DNA from: Chiloscyllium plagiosum
Lineage: Eukaryota
DNA: 64,000 bases
Direction: 5' to 3'
Assembly (NCBI RefSeq): GCF_004010195.1
Contig: NC_057719.1
Location: 80,577,868 to 80,641,867, forward strand
The translations under genes and the position numbers were made by a program. This document shows positions 1 to 13,095 of the stretch, piece by piece. Positions within the stretch are counted from its first letter, which is position 1, and every line of letters starts with the position of its first letter. The notes beneath the pieces were generated by a model. The model had not been told where the DNA came from. It did not search any database and saw nothing but the letters and a program-made list of their open reading frames with translations.

Positions 1-149
1 TGAGAAGCTGAACAGAAAATAATTGTGTAGTGGGAGCACATACCCATCTCTCAGGTTTTATTTACATTGTACTTACTATGAAAAAGATGACCAGCAATTC
101 TATCATCCCTTTTATGCATTCAGGGTGCTGTATAAGCTAATTAACTGTT

Positions 150-372
150 TTTTTTATGTGTAGTCACTGTTGTAACGTCGAAAGCAGGCCAGCCAATTTG
201 CACACAGTAACAGTGAATGGTAAATGCTATGTCACCTGTTAATTAATGGATGTTACTCCAAAAATAAATATTTCCTGGGACATTGGGGAGCATACTCTGC
301 TTGTCTTAGAAGATCAGACTGAGCTTTAGTATTTTATCTGAAAGGTAGCACCTCCCATAGAGCAGCACAGTC
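150..372 (-). mobile_element. Degraded DeuSINE-type (SacSINE1/AmnSINE1-like) SINE remnant
   Basis: tgtagtcactgttgtaa...gccagccaatttgcacacag...gaaaggtagcacctccca resembles the reverse strand of the Deu-domain SINE body as I recall it; heavily diverged. Confidence 0.45.
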
Positions 373-374
373 TA

Positions 375-628
375 TTTTCAGCTATTCATACTCCCCATTA
401 TCGTCGATCTAGCTATTCTGTTACAATTCCTTCATCTGCCTAAATTTCTCCCTCTGAACTCTGTCTCATCTATCCTCTTCTTTTCCTCCCCATTCCATAC
501 TATCAAGATAAATACCATGTTTTCCTAGATGCTATTTAGTTCTGAAGTACTTCCTGGACTGAACATTGGCTTAGCTGTCTCTCCTTGCACGCTGACACAC
601 CTGCTGAGTTTCTCCAGCAATTTGGTTG
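375..628 (+). mobile_element. Old Penelope-like 3' end/pLTR remnant
   Basis: Pyrimidine-rich tract followed by ttctgaag...ctgaac...acctgctgagtttctccagcaattt, a decayed version of the hammerhead-bearing tail seen at 27093, 42316 and 61419. Confidence 0.4.
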
Positions 629-1136
629 TCCATCGCATAACCCTTCAGTGTTGTACTGGGCGTGTCTGCCTGGATGATGTGCTTTATTCAGGTTCAGAGG
701 CAACAGTGTGACAAAACTGTCGCTTTAAGAGATGTATTTTTTGGTTTTTTTTGTAAAGAGGTTTTAGGACAGAGGCACCAAGGTGTCTATTTAAATCCTA
801 TGAACGAAACAGCTGGTGATGCTGCTTTTAATGTTGGAACAATAGAAGCAGCCTAAATGGGTGGAGGCAAGCTCCCACAGAACCAAGATGTTTAGTTTTA
901 GCTTTTCAGCAGCAGTTGCTGTACCTTGAAGCTGAGTTAGGAAGCTGCAGAGCATCTGTCCCTCTGAATTTTTCTCTTGATGTTTTTCCACCTGGACTGG
1001 AGGATTTCCTGTGAGGCAATCTATTTTACTGAATTTGCCTTTGCCATGGGTGTGTTTATGGGATGTTACTATATTAGAACTGTTACTGTTTAGTAGTTAG
1101 GTTATCCATGATTTTAAGCTTTCCAGTGGAGTTAAT

Positions 1137-1464
1137 GGGTGGCACGGTGGCTCAGTGGTTAGCACTGCTGCCTCACAGTGCCAGGGACCCAGGTTCAATT
1201 CCAGCCTCGGATGACTGTCTGTGAGGAGTTTGCACATTCTCCCCATGTCTGCGTGGGTTTCCTCCGGGTGCTTCGGTTTCCACCCACAGTCCAAAAATGT
1301 GCAGGTTAGGTGAATTGGCCATGCTAAATTGCCCGTAGTGTTAGGTGAAGGGGTAAATGTAGGGGAATGGGTCTGGGTGGGTTGCACTTCGGTGGGTCGG
1401 TGTGGACTTGCTGGGCCGAAGGGCCTGTTTCCACACTTGAAGTAATCTAATCTAATCTAATCTA
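1137..1464 (+). mobile_element. HE1-like tRNA-derived V-SINE, full length
   Basis: A box tggctcagtgg, B box ggttcaattcc, V-domain gagtttgcacattctcccc...cccacagtccaaa, CR1-like tail gggccgaagggcctgtttcc and (tctaa)n end. Confidence 0.9.
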
Positions 1465-1587
1465 AATTTTACCAATTTCTTCTTTATTTTGTTGTATTCT
1501 AACTACAGTGTATGAATGAAGTGTTTTGCTTCAAGACTGGTAGTTTGAGCAATCAAATTGCATCTGAAATGCAACACCTGGCATTTA

Positions 1588-1926
1588 CTGTGGCTCAGTG
1601 GTTAGCACTGCCTCACAGCGCCAGGGAGCCAGGTTCAATTCCAGCCTCGGGCAACTGTCTGTGAGGAGTTTGCATATTCTCCCCCGTGTCTGCGTGGGTT
1701 TTCTCTGGGTGCTGCAGTTTCTTCCCACAGTCCAAAGATGTGCAGTTAGTTGATTTGGCCATGCTAAATTGCCTATAGTGTTCAGGGATGTGTAGGTTAG
1801 GTGCACTAGTCAGGGGGAAATGTAGAGTTATAGGGGAATGGGTCTGGGTGGGTTACTCTTTGGAGGGTCGGTGTGGGCTTGCTGGGCCGAAGGGCCTGTT
1901 TCCACAATGTAGGGATTCTAATTCTA
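1588..1926 (+). mobile_element. HE1-like V-SINE
   Basis: Same A/B boxes, V-domain and tail as 1137-1464. Confidence 0.9.
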
Positions 1927-2364
1927 AATAAGAAACGGTTATGGTCTAGGATATCTTCTTAATATATTTTGAGGTGGTTTCGTCTGGTCTAGAAGAGGTC
2001 TAGTTGTTTTTTAACTAACCTATTTGGAGATATTATCCACTTTTTGGAGCAGGTGAGATTTAAACTTGGGCCTCCTGGTTGAGAGTACTTTCAGTGCACT
2101 ATGAGAGTTCTCTTAAGCAAGAGTCGACTCACTGAACTGACACTCCTGATATATGGATCCAATTTGTTATTGATGACAGACAACTTGGAATAGAATGATT
2201 GAAGTGTGACATGGTTCCTGTCTGTGCAATCATTTATTGATGAGCTGATGCTTTGAAGTTAAAAAGTACTCTGACTGAATTCGCTGTTACAAAGGACCTC
2301 TGCTCCTCCGAGGAATTTGTGCTTTCAATTATTCATCCTCCAGAGAAGCCCAAAGCTCTGCCAG

Positions 2365-2590
2365 ACACAGCCTAATGTGCATTAAGTCCCATATGTCCTC
2401 CGTCACTACGCTGGCTGGCTCCATTGGCTCCTAATTTAGCAATACCTCAGTTTGAAATTCTGATCTTACTTCTCAGTCTACTCCATTACCTTCCCCGTTC
2501 CATCTCCCTAACTTCCACTCGTTTTACAATGCTCCCTGAACTTCTTCACTTCTTACACATTTCTGTACTTTTCCAACTTATTACTGTGAT
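2365..2590 (+). mobile_element. Ancient L2-like LINE 3' remnant
   Basis: ggctccattggctcct...tttgaaattctgatctta translates to an LHWL...FEILIL-like motif typical of L2 ORF2 C-termini; very degraded. Confidence 0.4.
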
Positions 2591-2828
2591 TTTGTACTTT
2601 TGAAGGTCTGTAGTGCTAAACTTTCAATTTCTTTATTTTTCCTAAGAATTTGTACTCTAGAATCTGTACCTCGGTACCTTTTATTGCTAAGATGGTGCCG
2701 TAAGTGGTGAGTTGTGTACTTTTTTTCTTTCTTTTAAAGCATTAATGTGTTACCTCATTAAGAAATTATTGACTATGTGTCATAAAACCAGAGAGATATA
2801 CAGCATGGAAACAGACTTTTTTTATTTA

Positions 2829-3105
2829 ATTAGATTCCCTACAGTATGGAAACAGGCCATTTGGCCCAACAAGTCCACACCGACCAGCTGAAGAGTAACT
2901 GACCCAGACCCATTCCCCTACCCTATATTTATCCCTGACTAATGCACCTAACACCATGGGCAATTTAGCGAGGGCAATTCACCTGGATTGTGGGAGGAAA
3001 CCGGAGCACCCGGAGGAAACCCATGCAGACGCGGGGAGAATGAGCAAATTCCACACAGTCGCCCAAGGTTGGAATCGAACCCTGATCCCTGGTGCTGTGA
3101 AGCAC
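2829..3105 (-). mobile_element. HE1-like V-SINE (5' end damaged)
   Basis: Reverse complement of the HE1 tail, V-domain and B box. Confidence 0.85.
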
Positions 3106-3268
3106 AGGATGCAGCTAACCCCTATCCCCTGCATAACCTCAGCTAGACTTTTCCCACAGGTAACTGTGGTATAGGGATTGCCGTGGGATTGAGAGTCATG
3201 TCCACTTCAATATTGTCGAAACACAAATAATAGAATAAAATTACAGGGCAGACAAATAGGTGTTACTA

Positions 3269-3553
3269 CAGGTACGCAATCTTTTATCCGAAATCCTTGG
3301 GGCCAGTTGTTCTTTGGAATTTGGAATTTTTCGGATTTTGGAATAAATGACATTTTCACAGTGAAATTAAAAAAAATCACCTAACAGCAGAAACACGTGT
3401 GAATAATTGACACCTGCCAGTGCTGGGCTACACCGCCATGTCACATCTGAGTGACGTGGTTCGAGTGAGCGTGGAGTTGGGTCACCAGTTCACATGCCAA
3501 AATAATGCTCCCCACTCCACGGTAAACTTTTCAGATAAAGGATTGTGTACCTG
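3269..3553. mobile_element. Tc1/mariner (pogo/Tigger-like) MITE
   Basis: 25-bp TIRs caggtacgcaatcttttatccgaaa vs caggtacacaatcctttatctgaaa (reverse complement of right end; 3 mismatches), flanked by TA at 3267-3268 and 3554-3555. Confidence 0.85.
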
Positions 3554-4203
3554 TACTAGCCTTTGCTTCAGTTTTCTTTGAAAGGAAGGAAAGGGAATAG
3601 AAAGTTGAGATGAGACAACAAAAAATACAGGAAGGCGATTGTAGGATGGGTGCACTCTTTCACTAACACAGTAACAGCAACAGGTTTCACAGGAAACAAG
3701 AAAAAAAAGATGAAAATGCAGCTTATACAGGAAATAATATTCTCAATCAACAGAAGGACAGAACTTTGAGAGACAACCGGGTGTAAAACCAGGAGTTCCA
3801 AAATGAGATGGAAGCTCTGAGAAAGCAAACAGTAAGTCCACAAAAGACTTGAACCACTCAAAATAGCTTGAGAAATGAGATCCGTCACCGGCTAATCTGG
3901 AACAAAATTTGGATGTCATCCCTCGGTAACTTAGTTCTGGAACAGCAATTGCATTCCGTGATAGAAAATACCTGACAGTTCCTCCAGCCAAAATCCCCGT
4001 CGCAAGTATCAGCAAATTTAAAGACTGAAACTCTCACTTGTTATTGTAAATCCTGAAATTTTCTGTTGGAAGGCTAGGCTATTTAGTTGTATGGAGTACA
4101 TTGCCTTTAAGATAATCCACTATTAAGGACTGGCAAGGTACCCTAGTAGAGGACTCAACTGTCGATCACAAAGAATGCCTCAGAAACGGCACGACTGACT
4201 GAA

Positions 4204-5334
4204 TTTTATTAATGCATTCATAGAATGAGGGTTTCACTAGCTAGACCGACATTTATTGTCCATCCCTAATTGCCCAGAGGGCAGTTAAGAGTCAACTACA
4301 TTGCTGTAGGTCTGGAATCACATATAGGCCAGACTAGGTAAAGATAGCCATTTTCTTCCCTAAAGGACATTTGTGAATCAGATGGGTTTTCAACATTGGA
4401 TTCATGGTCACTTTTAACTCTTAATGTTTAACACTCACATTAGACTTTTACTTCCAGGTTTTTTATTGAATTAAAATGTCATCATCTGATGTGGCGGGAT
4501 TTAGAGTCAAAGAGATGCACAGCATGGAAACAGATCCTTCAGTTCAACTTGTCCAGATATCCTAATCTAATCTAGTCCCATTTGCCAGCACTTGGCCCAT
4601 ATCCTTCTAAACCCTTCCTATGCATATGCCCATCCAGATGCCTTTCAAATGTTGTAATTGTACCAGCCTCCACCTCCTCTGCAGTTCATTTCATACACAC
4701 CCTATTTGTGAAAAAGTTGCCCCTTTGGTCCTTTTTATATCTTTGCCCTCTCACCTTAAACCTATGTCCTTTTAGCCTCTCCCACCCCAGAGAAAAGACA
4801 TTGTCTATTCACCCTATCCATGTCCTTTATGATTTTATAAACCTGTATAAATCCACCCCTCCGCCTCTGATGGGAAAACTGCCCCAGCCTCTCCGTCTCG
4901 CTCAGATCCTCCAACCCTGGCAACGTCCTCGTAAATCTTTCTGAACCCTTCCAAGTTTCACAATATCTTTCCTATATCAGGGAGACCAGTATTGCACACA
5001 GTATTCCAACAGTGGCCTAACCAATGTCCTGTACAGCCGCAACATGACCTCCCAACTCCTGTACTCAATACTCTGACCAATAAAGGAAAGCATACCAAAC
5101 ACCTTCTTCACTATTCTATCTACCTGCGACTCCACTTTCAAGGAATTATGAACCTGCACTCCAAAGGTCTCTTTGTTCAGCAACACTCCCCAGGACCTTA
5201 CCATTAAGTGTATAAGTCCTGCTCTGATTTGCCCTTCCAAAATGCAGCACCTCATATTTATCTAAATTAAACTCCTTTGAAACTGGGTCTCTGGATAATA
5301 CCAACGATAAGACCATTAGGCCATCACCTCCCCA
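4204..5334 (-). mobile_element. tRNA-derived SINE, family 2, split by a CR1 insertion (SINE parts about 4204-4502 and 5276-5334)
   Basis: Reverse complement of the SINE at 26867-27312; the B-box region ggattt|tgaa is interrupted by the CR1 fragment. Confidence 0.75.
4503..5275 (-). mobile_element. CR1 (HER1-like) LINE 3' fragment
   Basis: Minus-strand ORF LYRTLVRPLLEYCVQYWSP and 3' tail closely matching 18040-18844. Confidence 0.9.
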
Positions 5335-5359
5335 GTGGTCATGTCTTGAAGGACATTGC

Positions 5360-6131
5360 TGCAAAACAACCAGGTTTGGGCTGAAAAGTGGTAATATTTG
5401 CATCACACAAATGCTCACCATCTTCAATAAGCAAGAATCTAACCACTCCCCCCTGCCATTTAATGGCATCACCATTAATCAATTCCCCAAAATTGACATC
5501 TTGGCTGAGGGAGGGGGTTACCAATGGTCAGAAAGGGAGCTGGATAAGCCATAGAAATAAAGTGGCTGCAAGAGTAGCTCAGAGGCTCAGAATTCTGCAG
5601 CGAGGAACTCCCCTTCTGACCCCCCCCCCCGCCCACCATGCCTGCACATAGCACAAGTCAAGAGTTTGATGGAATACTCCCCAGTTCTGTTGATGAATAC
5701 AGCTCCAACAACATTCAAGAAGCTTGATATCATGAGGGACAAACATTCACACTCTGCACTCAGTTGCTGCAGTGTGTATGATCAGCAAGATGTACTGCAG
5801 AAATTCACCCAAGATCCTTAGACAGCACTTCCATCTGCAGAAAGGGCAGCAAGTACATCAGAACACCACTATGTGCAAGTTGCCATCTAAGCCACTCACC
5901 ACCCTGACTTGAAAATATATCACCCCTTCCCCAAAATCTTGGGGGTTCCCTCCCCAACAGCATCGTGCGTCAACCTACAGCACATGGACTGTGGTTGTTC
6001 AAGAAGGCAATTCACCACCAAGTTCTGGAGGGCTATAAGGAATAGGGAATAAATGAAGTCAAGAAGGCAAGTAGGAAGTGACAATAAATGTTTGCCCAGC
6101 AATGCTCATACCAAATGAATGAATTAAAAAA
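5360..6131 (+). mobile_element. CR1-group (L2/Crack-like) LINE 3' fragment; tail shared with SINE family 2
   Basis: AQVKSLMEYSP...APTTFKKLDI-like RT C-terminal remnant, ending in aataaatg...tgaatgaattaaaaa like the family-2 SINE tail. Confidence 0.65.
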
Positions 6132-6435
6132 TTCAATTCTAACTGTTAGCCTGCTATGAGTCTAGAAGCTGTGCACGCAGAATTCAGATGGCTGTGGTCA
6201 TATCTGCTTCATAATTTATGTTTTTGTTTCTCAATGAATTAATCCATTAAGTTATTTAATCCCTGATGGACAATTGATTATTAGACCATTAACATCAACA
6301 CCACAGAACAGAGGAACAGAAGTAGGGTATTTTAACCCCTTCCACCAATTAGATCATAGCTGCCTTGTTTCTGTAATGTCTAACACCAATATCTGATTAA
6401 AAATATGTCAGTCACTGTCTTAAAGTTTTCTCATT

Positions 6436-6760
6436 GAATCCTTACAGTGCAGAAATAGGCCCTTGGGCCCAACAAATCCACACCGACCCTCTGAAGAGTA
6501 ACCCACCCAGGCTCATTCCCCTACATTTACCCCTGGCTAATGCACGTAACTTACACATCTCTGCACTCTACAGGCAATTTAGCATGGCCAATTCACTGAA
6601 CCTGCACATTTTTGGACTGTGGGAGGAAACTGGAGCATCCGGAGGGGACCCACACAGACTTGGGGAGAATGTGCAAATTCAACACCGACAGTGACCCGAG
6701 GCTGGAATCGAACCCAGGTCCTGAAACTGTGAGGCAGCAGTGCTAACCACTGAGCCACTG
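6436..6760 (-). mobile_element. HE1-like V-SINE inserted in an older CR1 remnant (about 6300-7580, minus)
   Basis: Reverse complement of full HE1; flanks show decayed CR1 3' sequence (cccaaaggcgattggagtattccagatggggttctaaccag). Confidence 0.85.
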
Positions 6761-7592
6761 TTCAACATCCACAAATTTTTGGGTAAGGAATGAACAGATT
6801 TCGATGAGGAATTGCTTCCTGATCTCACCCCTAAAGTGCTCTAAGTTCTATTCCTCTTTTATTTTGGACTCCCCCACCAAAGGAAATTCCTTCCCTATTT
6901 TAAGTCATTCAGCTGCTTTGTCAGTGACAGCTCTCCCTCATTTTGAGCATATTCAGAGTCATGAGTTTACAGCGTGGGTCTTCAGGTGACTGAACAGACT
7001 TATTCTTAAATGTCTCCTTCAGTAATCCAAGCACATCAATTGTATGACCCCATTTCAAAGAAATGCAAGCTTAGTCAATTTCCTCGTAATTTAGCCCTGT
7101 ATCATTCTGATGAATGTTCATTGCAACCTCTCCCAGGCTAAGATACCCTTTCTGGAGTGGAGAGCCCAAAGGCGATTGGAGTATTCCAGATGGGGTTCTA
7201 ACCAGAGCTCTGTACAGTTTTAACACAACTTCCATCCCGATGTACTTTGAGGCCTTTTCAGTTACATTTGTGTATCATCCAATCAGCTTTTGGTGATCTC
7301 TGTACTTGGACACTTGCTCATTTCCGTTCTGCCCTAACTCTAGTTTCTTGCCATTTAGAAAATATCCTAATTTATCTTTCTCTTGTCCTAAATGGATAAC
7401 CGCCAAACGTTTTCCACATCATTAGCTGCTGACTTAATCAATCAATGGCTCTTTGAAACCTTTTGCTCTTGCCTACGCTTTCACTAAACACTTCATGTCC
7501 TCTACTGACACACAGGTGGGTCTCTATTCCTTTATCACTTACAAAATATAGTTAGGAGGGAAGAGGCTTTGATCTACTTATAACTTCAACTT

Positions 7593-7796
7593 ATAGCTGA
7601 AACTGACAACCGGAAGCGGCAGGGACAGGCCACTATAAATGCCGGAGGAAACACCACAGAAGCGCTTCACAGGAGGCTCCCAAGCACTGAGGATGTCACC
7701 TAGACAGGGGACGAAACGATTGCAACAAAAACTTCCAGCTCGGCGAACAGAACCACAGCAACGAGCACCCGAGCTACAAATCTTCTCACAACTTTG
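7593..7796 (+). mobile_element. Penelope-like short insertion (family A) with hammerhead motif
   Basis: 11-bp TSD aacttcaactt (7582-7592, 7797-7807); near-identical to 15635-15763; core gca-ctgagga-t-gtcacct-agac-aggggac-gaaac-gat-tgc at 7684-7723. Confidence 0.8.
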
Positions 7797-8680
7797 AACT
7801 TCAACTTTTGATCTGTAAATATCAAACTGCCATTTGACAGTTGGTAGAAGGGTATATTTTAATTTCCAGTGAATTGCTTCTTTTAAGCATTTACTCTTGC
7901 AAAGACACGGACAAGAAATTCAAGATAATAGAAATTTCTGCAAACAACAATCTTTCATTGAAAGGCAAAATATTTGTAAGCTCATCACTGTTGGATCATT
8001 CAGCGTTTATTGCAATTCAGGATCATAGAACAGGAGGAGACCGTGCAAATTCTAAAGCCTGTTCTACCATCCATTCATAATTAGTCAGAGTCAATGAGGG
8101 AGCCACAGAAATCTCTGTGCACTTCTGTGCACTCCTGCCATTCTTCCTTCATCTCCAGCTTTCGATAGTTCTCCAATCCTTAACCTGGTATGTGCTTTCT
8201 TTCTGAATAATTATCTCCTTTTGTCGCTAATACCAGATTCTCAAATTGTTTTTCCATCATTCTACACTCTTGGTTTCTGTTTCTTTGGTTCAACTCAAGG
8301 CCCATATGATGTTGAGATTTTTTTTTTCATTTGTCCATGAGAAATTTGAAGGTTCCTTGCTCAATTTGGCTGATTCTGAGCACCCTTCTCTGGTGTTTCT
8401 CAGAAGCTGTTCTGATCAACTTGATTGGGGGTTCAGTTCTCATGTTCGCCCAGTACAAAGTTTCATATCAAGGATTTTGCAAGTGGCTTTTTCATGTAAA
8501 GGGCAACGTTGGATGCACTTCACATTTCAATCAGCTGTTGGGTTGCAGAATAGTCCTGACTTCAGTGTTGCTATCCAATTTATGGTTACTTTTAATCCCA
8601 GGATTGGTGCATTCCCACTGTTTGATTCACTGCTCTCTCCGTGACTGGTCATTGAATATATCTTATTATTAATGTTCAGT

Positions 8681-9062
8681 GGGTGGCATGGTGGTTCAGT
8701 GGTTAGCACTGCTGCCTCACAACGCCAGAGACCTGTGTTCGATTCCACCTTTGGGCAATTGTGTGGAGTTTGCAAGTTCTCCCTGTGTCTGCTTGGGTTT
8801 TCTCGTGGGTGGGGGGGGGGGGGGGGGGGTGCTCTGGTTATTCCCACAGTCTGAAGATGTGCAGGTTAGCTGGATTGGTCATGTTAAATTGCCCATAGTG
8901 TCCAGGGATGTGTAGGGTAGGTGGGTTAGCCATGGGAAATGCAGGGTTATAAGGTGCGTGGAAAGGTGGGGGATGTGGGTCTTAATGGGATGCTCTTCAG
9001 AGGGCCAGTGTGCATTCAATGGGCTGAATGGCCTGCTTCCACACTGTAGGGATTCAATTCTA
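8681..9062 (+). mobile_element. HE1-like V-SINE containing a poly-G run
   Basis: A/B boxes, V-domain, CR1-like tail; G-run near 8811-8829. Confidence 0.85.
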
Positions 9063-9439
9063 CAAAAGATGAATTGCAAAGTTGTTAAACCTCAGACATA
9101 ATGTTCTCAGCCCTTGACTGAATCTAAGGACTTTGTGTAACCTACCACTAATACCAACAATTCTTTTTCATTTTGATTTTTGATATACTTCTCAATTTTG
9201 CAATGGAATCATATCTGATTACCTTTGGTTATGGTGTAACCAAACAGTTCCTCTCCATTTTTAGGCCGCTGATTCACAAAAACCTTCATCTAAACATTTC
9301 TAGGAGCACTTTTGAGGCTTGGCTTTATGGGATCAATTATTCTGTGCTTTTGGCAATGTCACCCGCTCTAAAATTAGCCAAACATCTGGCCAGATCCAAA
9401 TCCAGTTTCTTTCACTGATTTGGATGCCATTGCTTTTCA

Positions 9440-10530
9440 AAACCTTCAAGGCTTGACATAACAAGAATACGTCCAACTCAGATTTTAAATTAACAATTGA
9501 TCTAGCATTACTTACTGTTTGCAGAAAAATGTTCAAAACTATGACTACCCTTTGTGTGTAGGAATGCTTGACAATTTCACTCTTGGGAGGTCGGACTGTA
9601 ATTTTTAGACACTGCTCCCTCATCCTAGACTCTTCAATATGAGAAATCTGTTTCCCTTAAGACCTTAAAGATCTGGATCAATTTACCCTTTAACTTTCTA
9701 CATTCCAAATATTGCAAATCTATGTTGCGAAATCTCTTCTAACTAATGTAACTCTTGGAATCCCCAAGGATGACTGTCCATTGATTAGTGAATCAGTACT
9801 GAGTTTCTCCCAGATTGTTATATGTTTCTGAAGATGTGGTGCCCAGAACTGCTTGCAGTACTCCCAATGTAGTCTCACCTGCAGTTCTGTACAGCTGAAG
9901 CATGGCTTCTATAGCCATAAACTCAAGATGGCTAAATATATTGGCTATCATATTCCATTAGTCTTTTCATTTGTTTTCTATAGTTATTCATGGCATTTTA
10001 ATGGTTTATGAACCTAGGCAGCCAACACTATCTGGGCATCTACAAGCTTTAGCTTTTCATCATTTGGAAAGTATTCTGCTGTAATTTTCTTTTAACATCC
10101 AAAGTGGATGAGCTCATATTTTCTGACATTGAAATCAATTTTCCAGCTTTGCTGATTTATTTAATCTATTAATATTGTATCGTAACTTTGTACTGCCATC
10201 TGCACTACTTACAAGCCTCCTGACTTTTGTGTTCAGAGACACAAGTGAATGTGTGCTTTCTATCCTGTAATCTAAGGTGTGACTGAATACCAGGAATAGT
10301 CGAGGACTTGAAATAGATTCTTGCAGGATATCACTAAGCACATTCTGCCAGTTAGACTGCCAGTCTAATATCCATACTTCCTATATCTTATCAATTCAGT
10401 AATTTCCTAAGCAGGTCAGTAATTTGTCTCAGATTTTCAGCCAAAAGTCTCTTCAGAGATATTTGATCAAATACTTTCTGAAATCCATGTAAATAACACC
10501 CAAGGATGTTCCCTAATGTCAATAATTTTA
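9440..10530 (-). mobile_element. Old degraded CR1 LINE remnant
   Basis: Recognisable CR1 motifs on the minus strand, e.g. gcccagaactgcttgcagtactccca (EYC.QFWA) and gccatctgcactact (FADD-like). Confidence 0.55.
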
Positions 10531-10533
10531 GTT

Positions 10534-10745
10534 CAGGTAGTTCTTCTGTAACGTGATGATTGTGTACTTGTGCAACCCTGCGTTATAGAAAAATCACACT
10601 TTAGAAACGACGCTTAAAGTTTTAGCAATGTAATAGCGTTACAGCCAACACACGTTTTAAAAGTCTGCGCTTTAGAAACTGTCCCCAATTTGTCAATTGT
10701 GTTCCAGCGAATTCACGTTCACGCGTGTTATATCAGAACGTCCTG
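10534..10745. mobile_element. Degraded Tigger-like MITE
   Basis: Imperfect TIRs caggtagttcttctgtaacg vs caggacgttctgatataacacg; TA TSD not preserved. Confidence 0.5.
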
Positions 10746-10864
10746 TTGTCTTTATCCTTGTCAACATGAGAAGCAAATGTATGATGCCTGTCAAATAGAG
10801 TCTGTTCCTGTGGATACTAATGCTCCATTTCACCTGAGTCCCACTTGCTGTGTGCACTCTTGAT

Positions 10865-11158
10865 TAGAGGATCCCTATATTGTGGAAGCAGGACATTCGG
10901 CCCTTCGAATCCACATTGACCCTCCAAACAGCACCCCACGCAGACCTAACCCCCTTTCCTGCATTTCTCCTGGCCAATCCACCTTAATGCACATCTTTGG
11001 ACTGTGGTGGGAGCGGGGAACTGGAGCACCGGGAGGAAACCCATGCAAACACTGGGAGAATGTGCAAACTCCATGTAAACAGTTGCCCGAGAGTGGAATT
11101 GAACCCGGGTTCCTAGCGCTGTGAAGCAGCAGTACTCACCATTGAGCCACTGTGCCGC
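10865..11158 (-). mobile_element. HE1-like V-SINE
   Basis: Reverse complement of HE1 head, V-domain and tail. Confidence 0.85.
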
Positions 11159-11159
11159 A

Positions 11160-11530
11160 TGTCACAGAGTCATACAGTACAGAAATATTCCCTTCGATCC
11201 AACCAGTACATGCCGAACATAATCCCAAACTCAGTTAGTCTCACCTGCCCTCTCATGTCCCACATCCCTCCAAACCTTCCTTATTCATGTATCCATTCCA
11301 AATGTATTTTGAACATTGCAATTGTATCCGTATCTACCACTTCTTCAGGAAGCTCATTCCACACATGGCCCACCCTCGGTGTAAAAAATTTGCCTCAAGT
11401 CTTTTTTATAAAATCTCTCTCCTCTCACCTTAAAAATGTGCCCCTTAGTCTTGAAATCCCTCATCTTTGGGAAAAGACAACTACCATTAACTCTATCTGT
11501 CCCCCTCATTATTTTATAAACTTCTATCAT
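11160..11530 (-). mobile_element. CR1 LINE 3' fragment
   Basis: Minus-strand IEVYKIMRGTDRV...FKVRGERF and tail ctgtatgactctgtgac. Confidence 0.85.
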
Positions 11531-12862
11531 ATCTGATCCTGTATTTCCACAATATCTGTTGTCCAAATGTAACTCCATCTCTCTTGTGCATCAGAATATC
11601 TCCATCAAACCCAAATCTGACGGAGCAAGACAGGTTCAAGGTGGAGAAATTATCCACTTGGAGCAGTCTCGCTGTCCATAAACTCCCACACAGTCGGCGG
11701 TCCAAAAACATAACCTACCCTGCCATCTCGTAGTCTAGATTATTTATATGTATGTATTTTTGGCTTATTGTACACTTTCTGTTTTGTTTTCTTTTCATAT
11801 ACAATAACTTGCATCGGGCCTTAAAACGTCAGACGAAAAATGTTCAACAATTACAGCTTCAAGCTTACCTGAAGCATTATCTCAAGATTGGGATCTCTCC
11901 CTTTCCTTTCTGCACTGAATTTCTACACTTGCCAGAATCTCTGCTGTTGTAGTGTCCATAATGAACTCTGTTTTTGAACACTTCTCCTGATTTTCCTCCT
12001 GATAGCCATTAGTTCTTAGCATCACTAATTTAGTAAAATTGTCGTAAGGTGCTTGACATGCAAGAATGTATTCCAAGTTTTGACATGGAGCTAGATATGA
12101 AATTGGGTGACGGGGACAGGTCTGAAACAAGCATGTGAGAGGAAGAACGGCAGAGAACCAGAAAGGATAACAAAAGGCATATCAGAGCCTAAGCAACTGC
12201 TGAAGACAGTTCAGTACAAATGATGAGGTGAGGGAAGTGGGGAAGCACATATGTCAGAGTTGGAGGAGCTGGGAGATCATGGGGATTGAACGAGGTTATG
12301 AAATCATAGTGAGGCTGTAGAGGGATTGAACAAGAATTTGAAAATGGAGGTACGGAGCCTTTGTTGTAATCAAAATCAAGGGTGAATGGAATTTGCTGTG
12401 TGAAATAAATCTGGGTTAAAAATAACAGTTAAGCAGGAAAAGCATATAGAATGCAACAATCTGTGAATGTTTACTCTTGATGAATGCCAACTGAATGGAA
12501 TAGTTAGCAGACCCTGAAGCTAAAATTGGCCTTTGACAATGAAGTGTGCTGGAGTGATTTAGAGCTGGAGAAATGCAGCGTTCTCAGAGTGCCAAGAGTT
12601 CTACCTGGCTCGGTAAATCTCACCATCATTAGAATGTGCTATTAGCAGTTGTTTTCTGGGCCATTTTGCTTGTGGAAATGTTCACTGATCCATTGGCTGA
12701 TTACCTACGTTCAGAGACCTTTCCCTTATAGTGGGAGCTGAAAATTGCATGTAAGTGAAATGAGATGAGAAGACATTTCTTCACTCAAAGGGCGGTGACT
12801 CTTTGCAATTCTCTGCCCCAGAGGATTGTGGAGTCTCCAACATTGAATGCAGTTAAGGCTGG

Positions 12863-13095
12863 TGCAGTGATTGAATGAGGTCAGCCCGGTGGACCTCATA
12901 GAGGCCCACCGATTGAAGCTGTTAGTCTGGTCCAATCATGGGGTCCTGGCTGACAGATAGAAATAGGAGTGTCGGGGCTTCTCCTCATTCTAGGAGCTGG
13001 CTCTGAGCTAACTGGCTCACTGTCACGTACGAGGCGCATGTAAGTAAAGGGTGACTTGGTGATCCTTTACTTCCAGCCTTCATGGAGTTATTTCA
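12863..13095 (+). mobile_element. Solo LTR (233 bp) inserted in a CR1 3' remnant (about 12760-13230)
   Basis: TG...CA termini, perfect 5-bp TSD gctgg (12858-12862, 13096-13100), agtaaa poly(A)-like signal; homologous to both ends of 53020-54687. Confidence 0.8.

Larger units (their letters stand above)
707..1990 (+). mobile_element. Probable solo LTR interrupted by two HE1 SINEs
   Basis: Begins TG (tgtgacaaaac), non-coding, with a decayed poly(A)-signal-like region near 1515; sequence resumes on both sides of the SINEs. The 3' CA end and TSD are not clear. Confidence 0.35.

Noticed and set aside
3560..4150. Possible exon ending in a gtaagt donor near 3832
   Set aside because: Stops occur in the plausible frames, there is no good acceptor, and no homology is recognisable.
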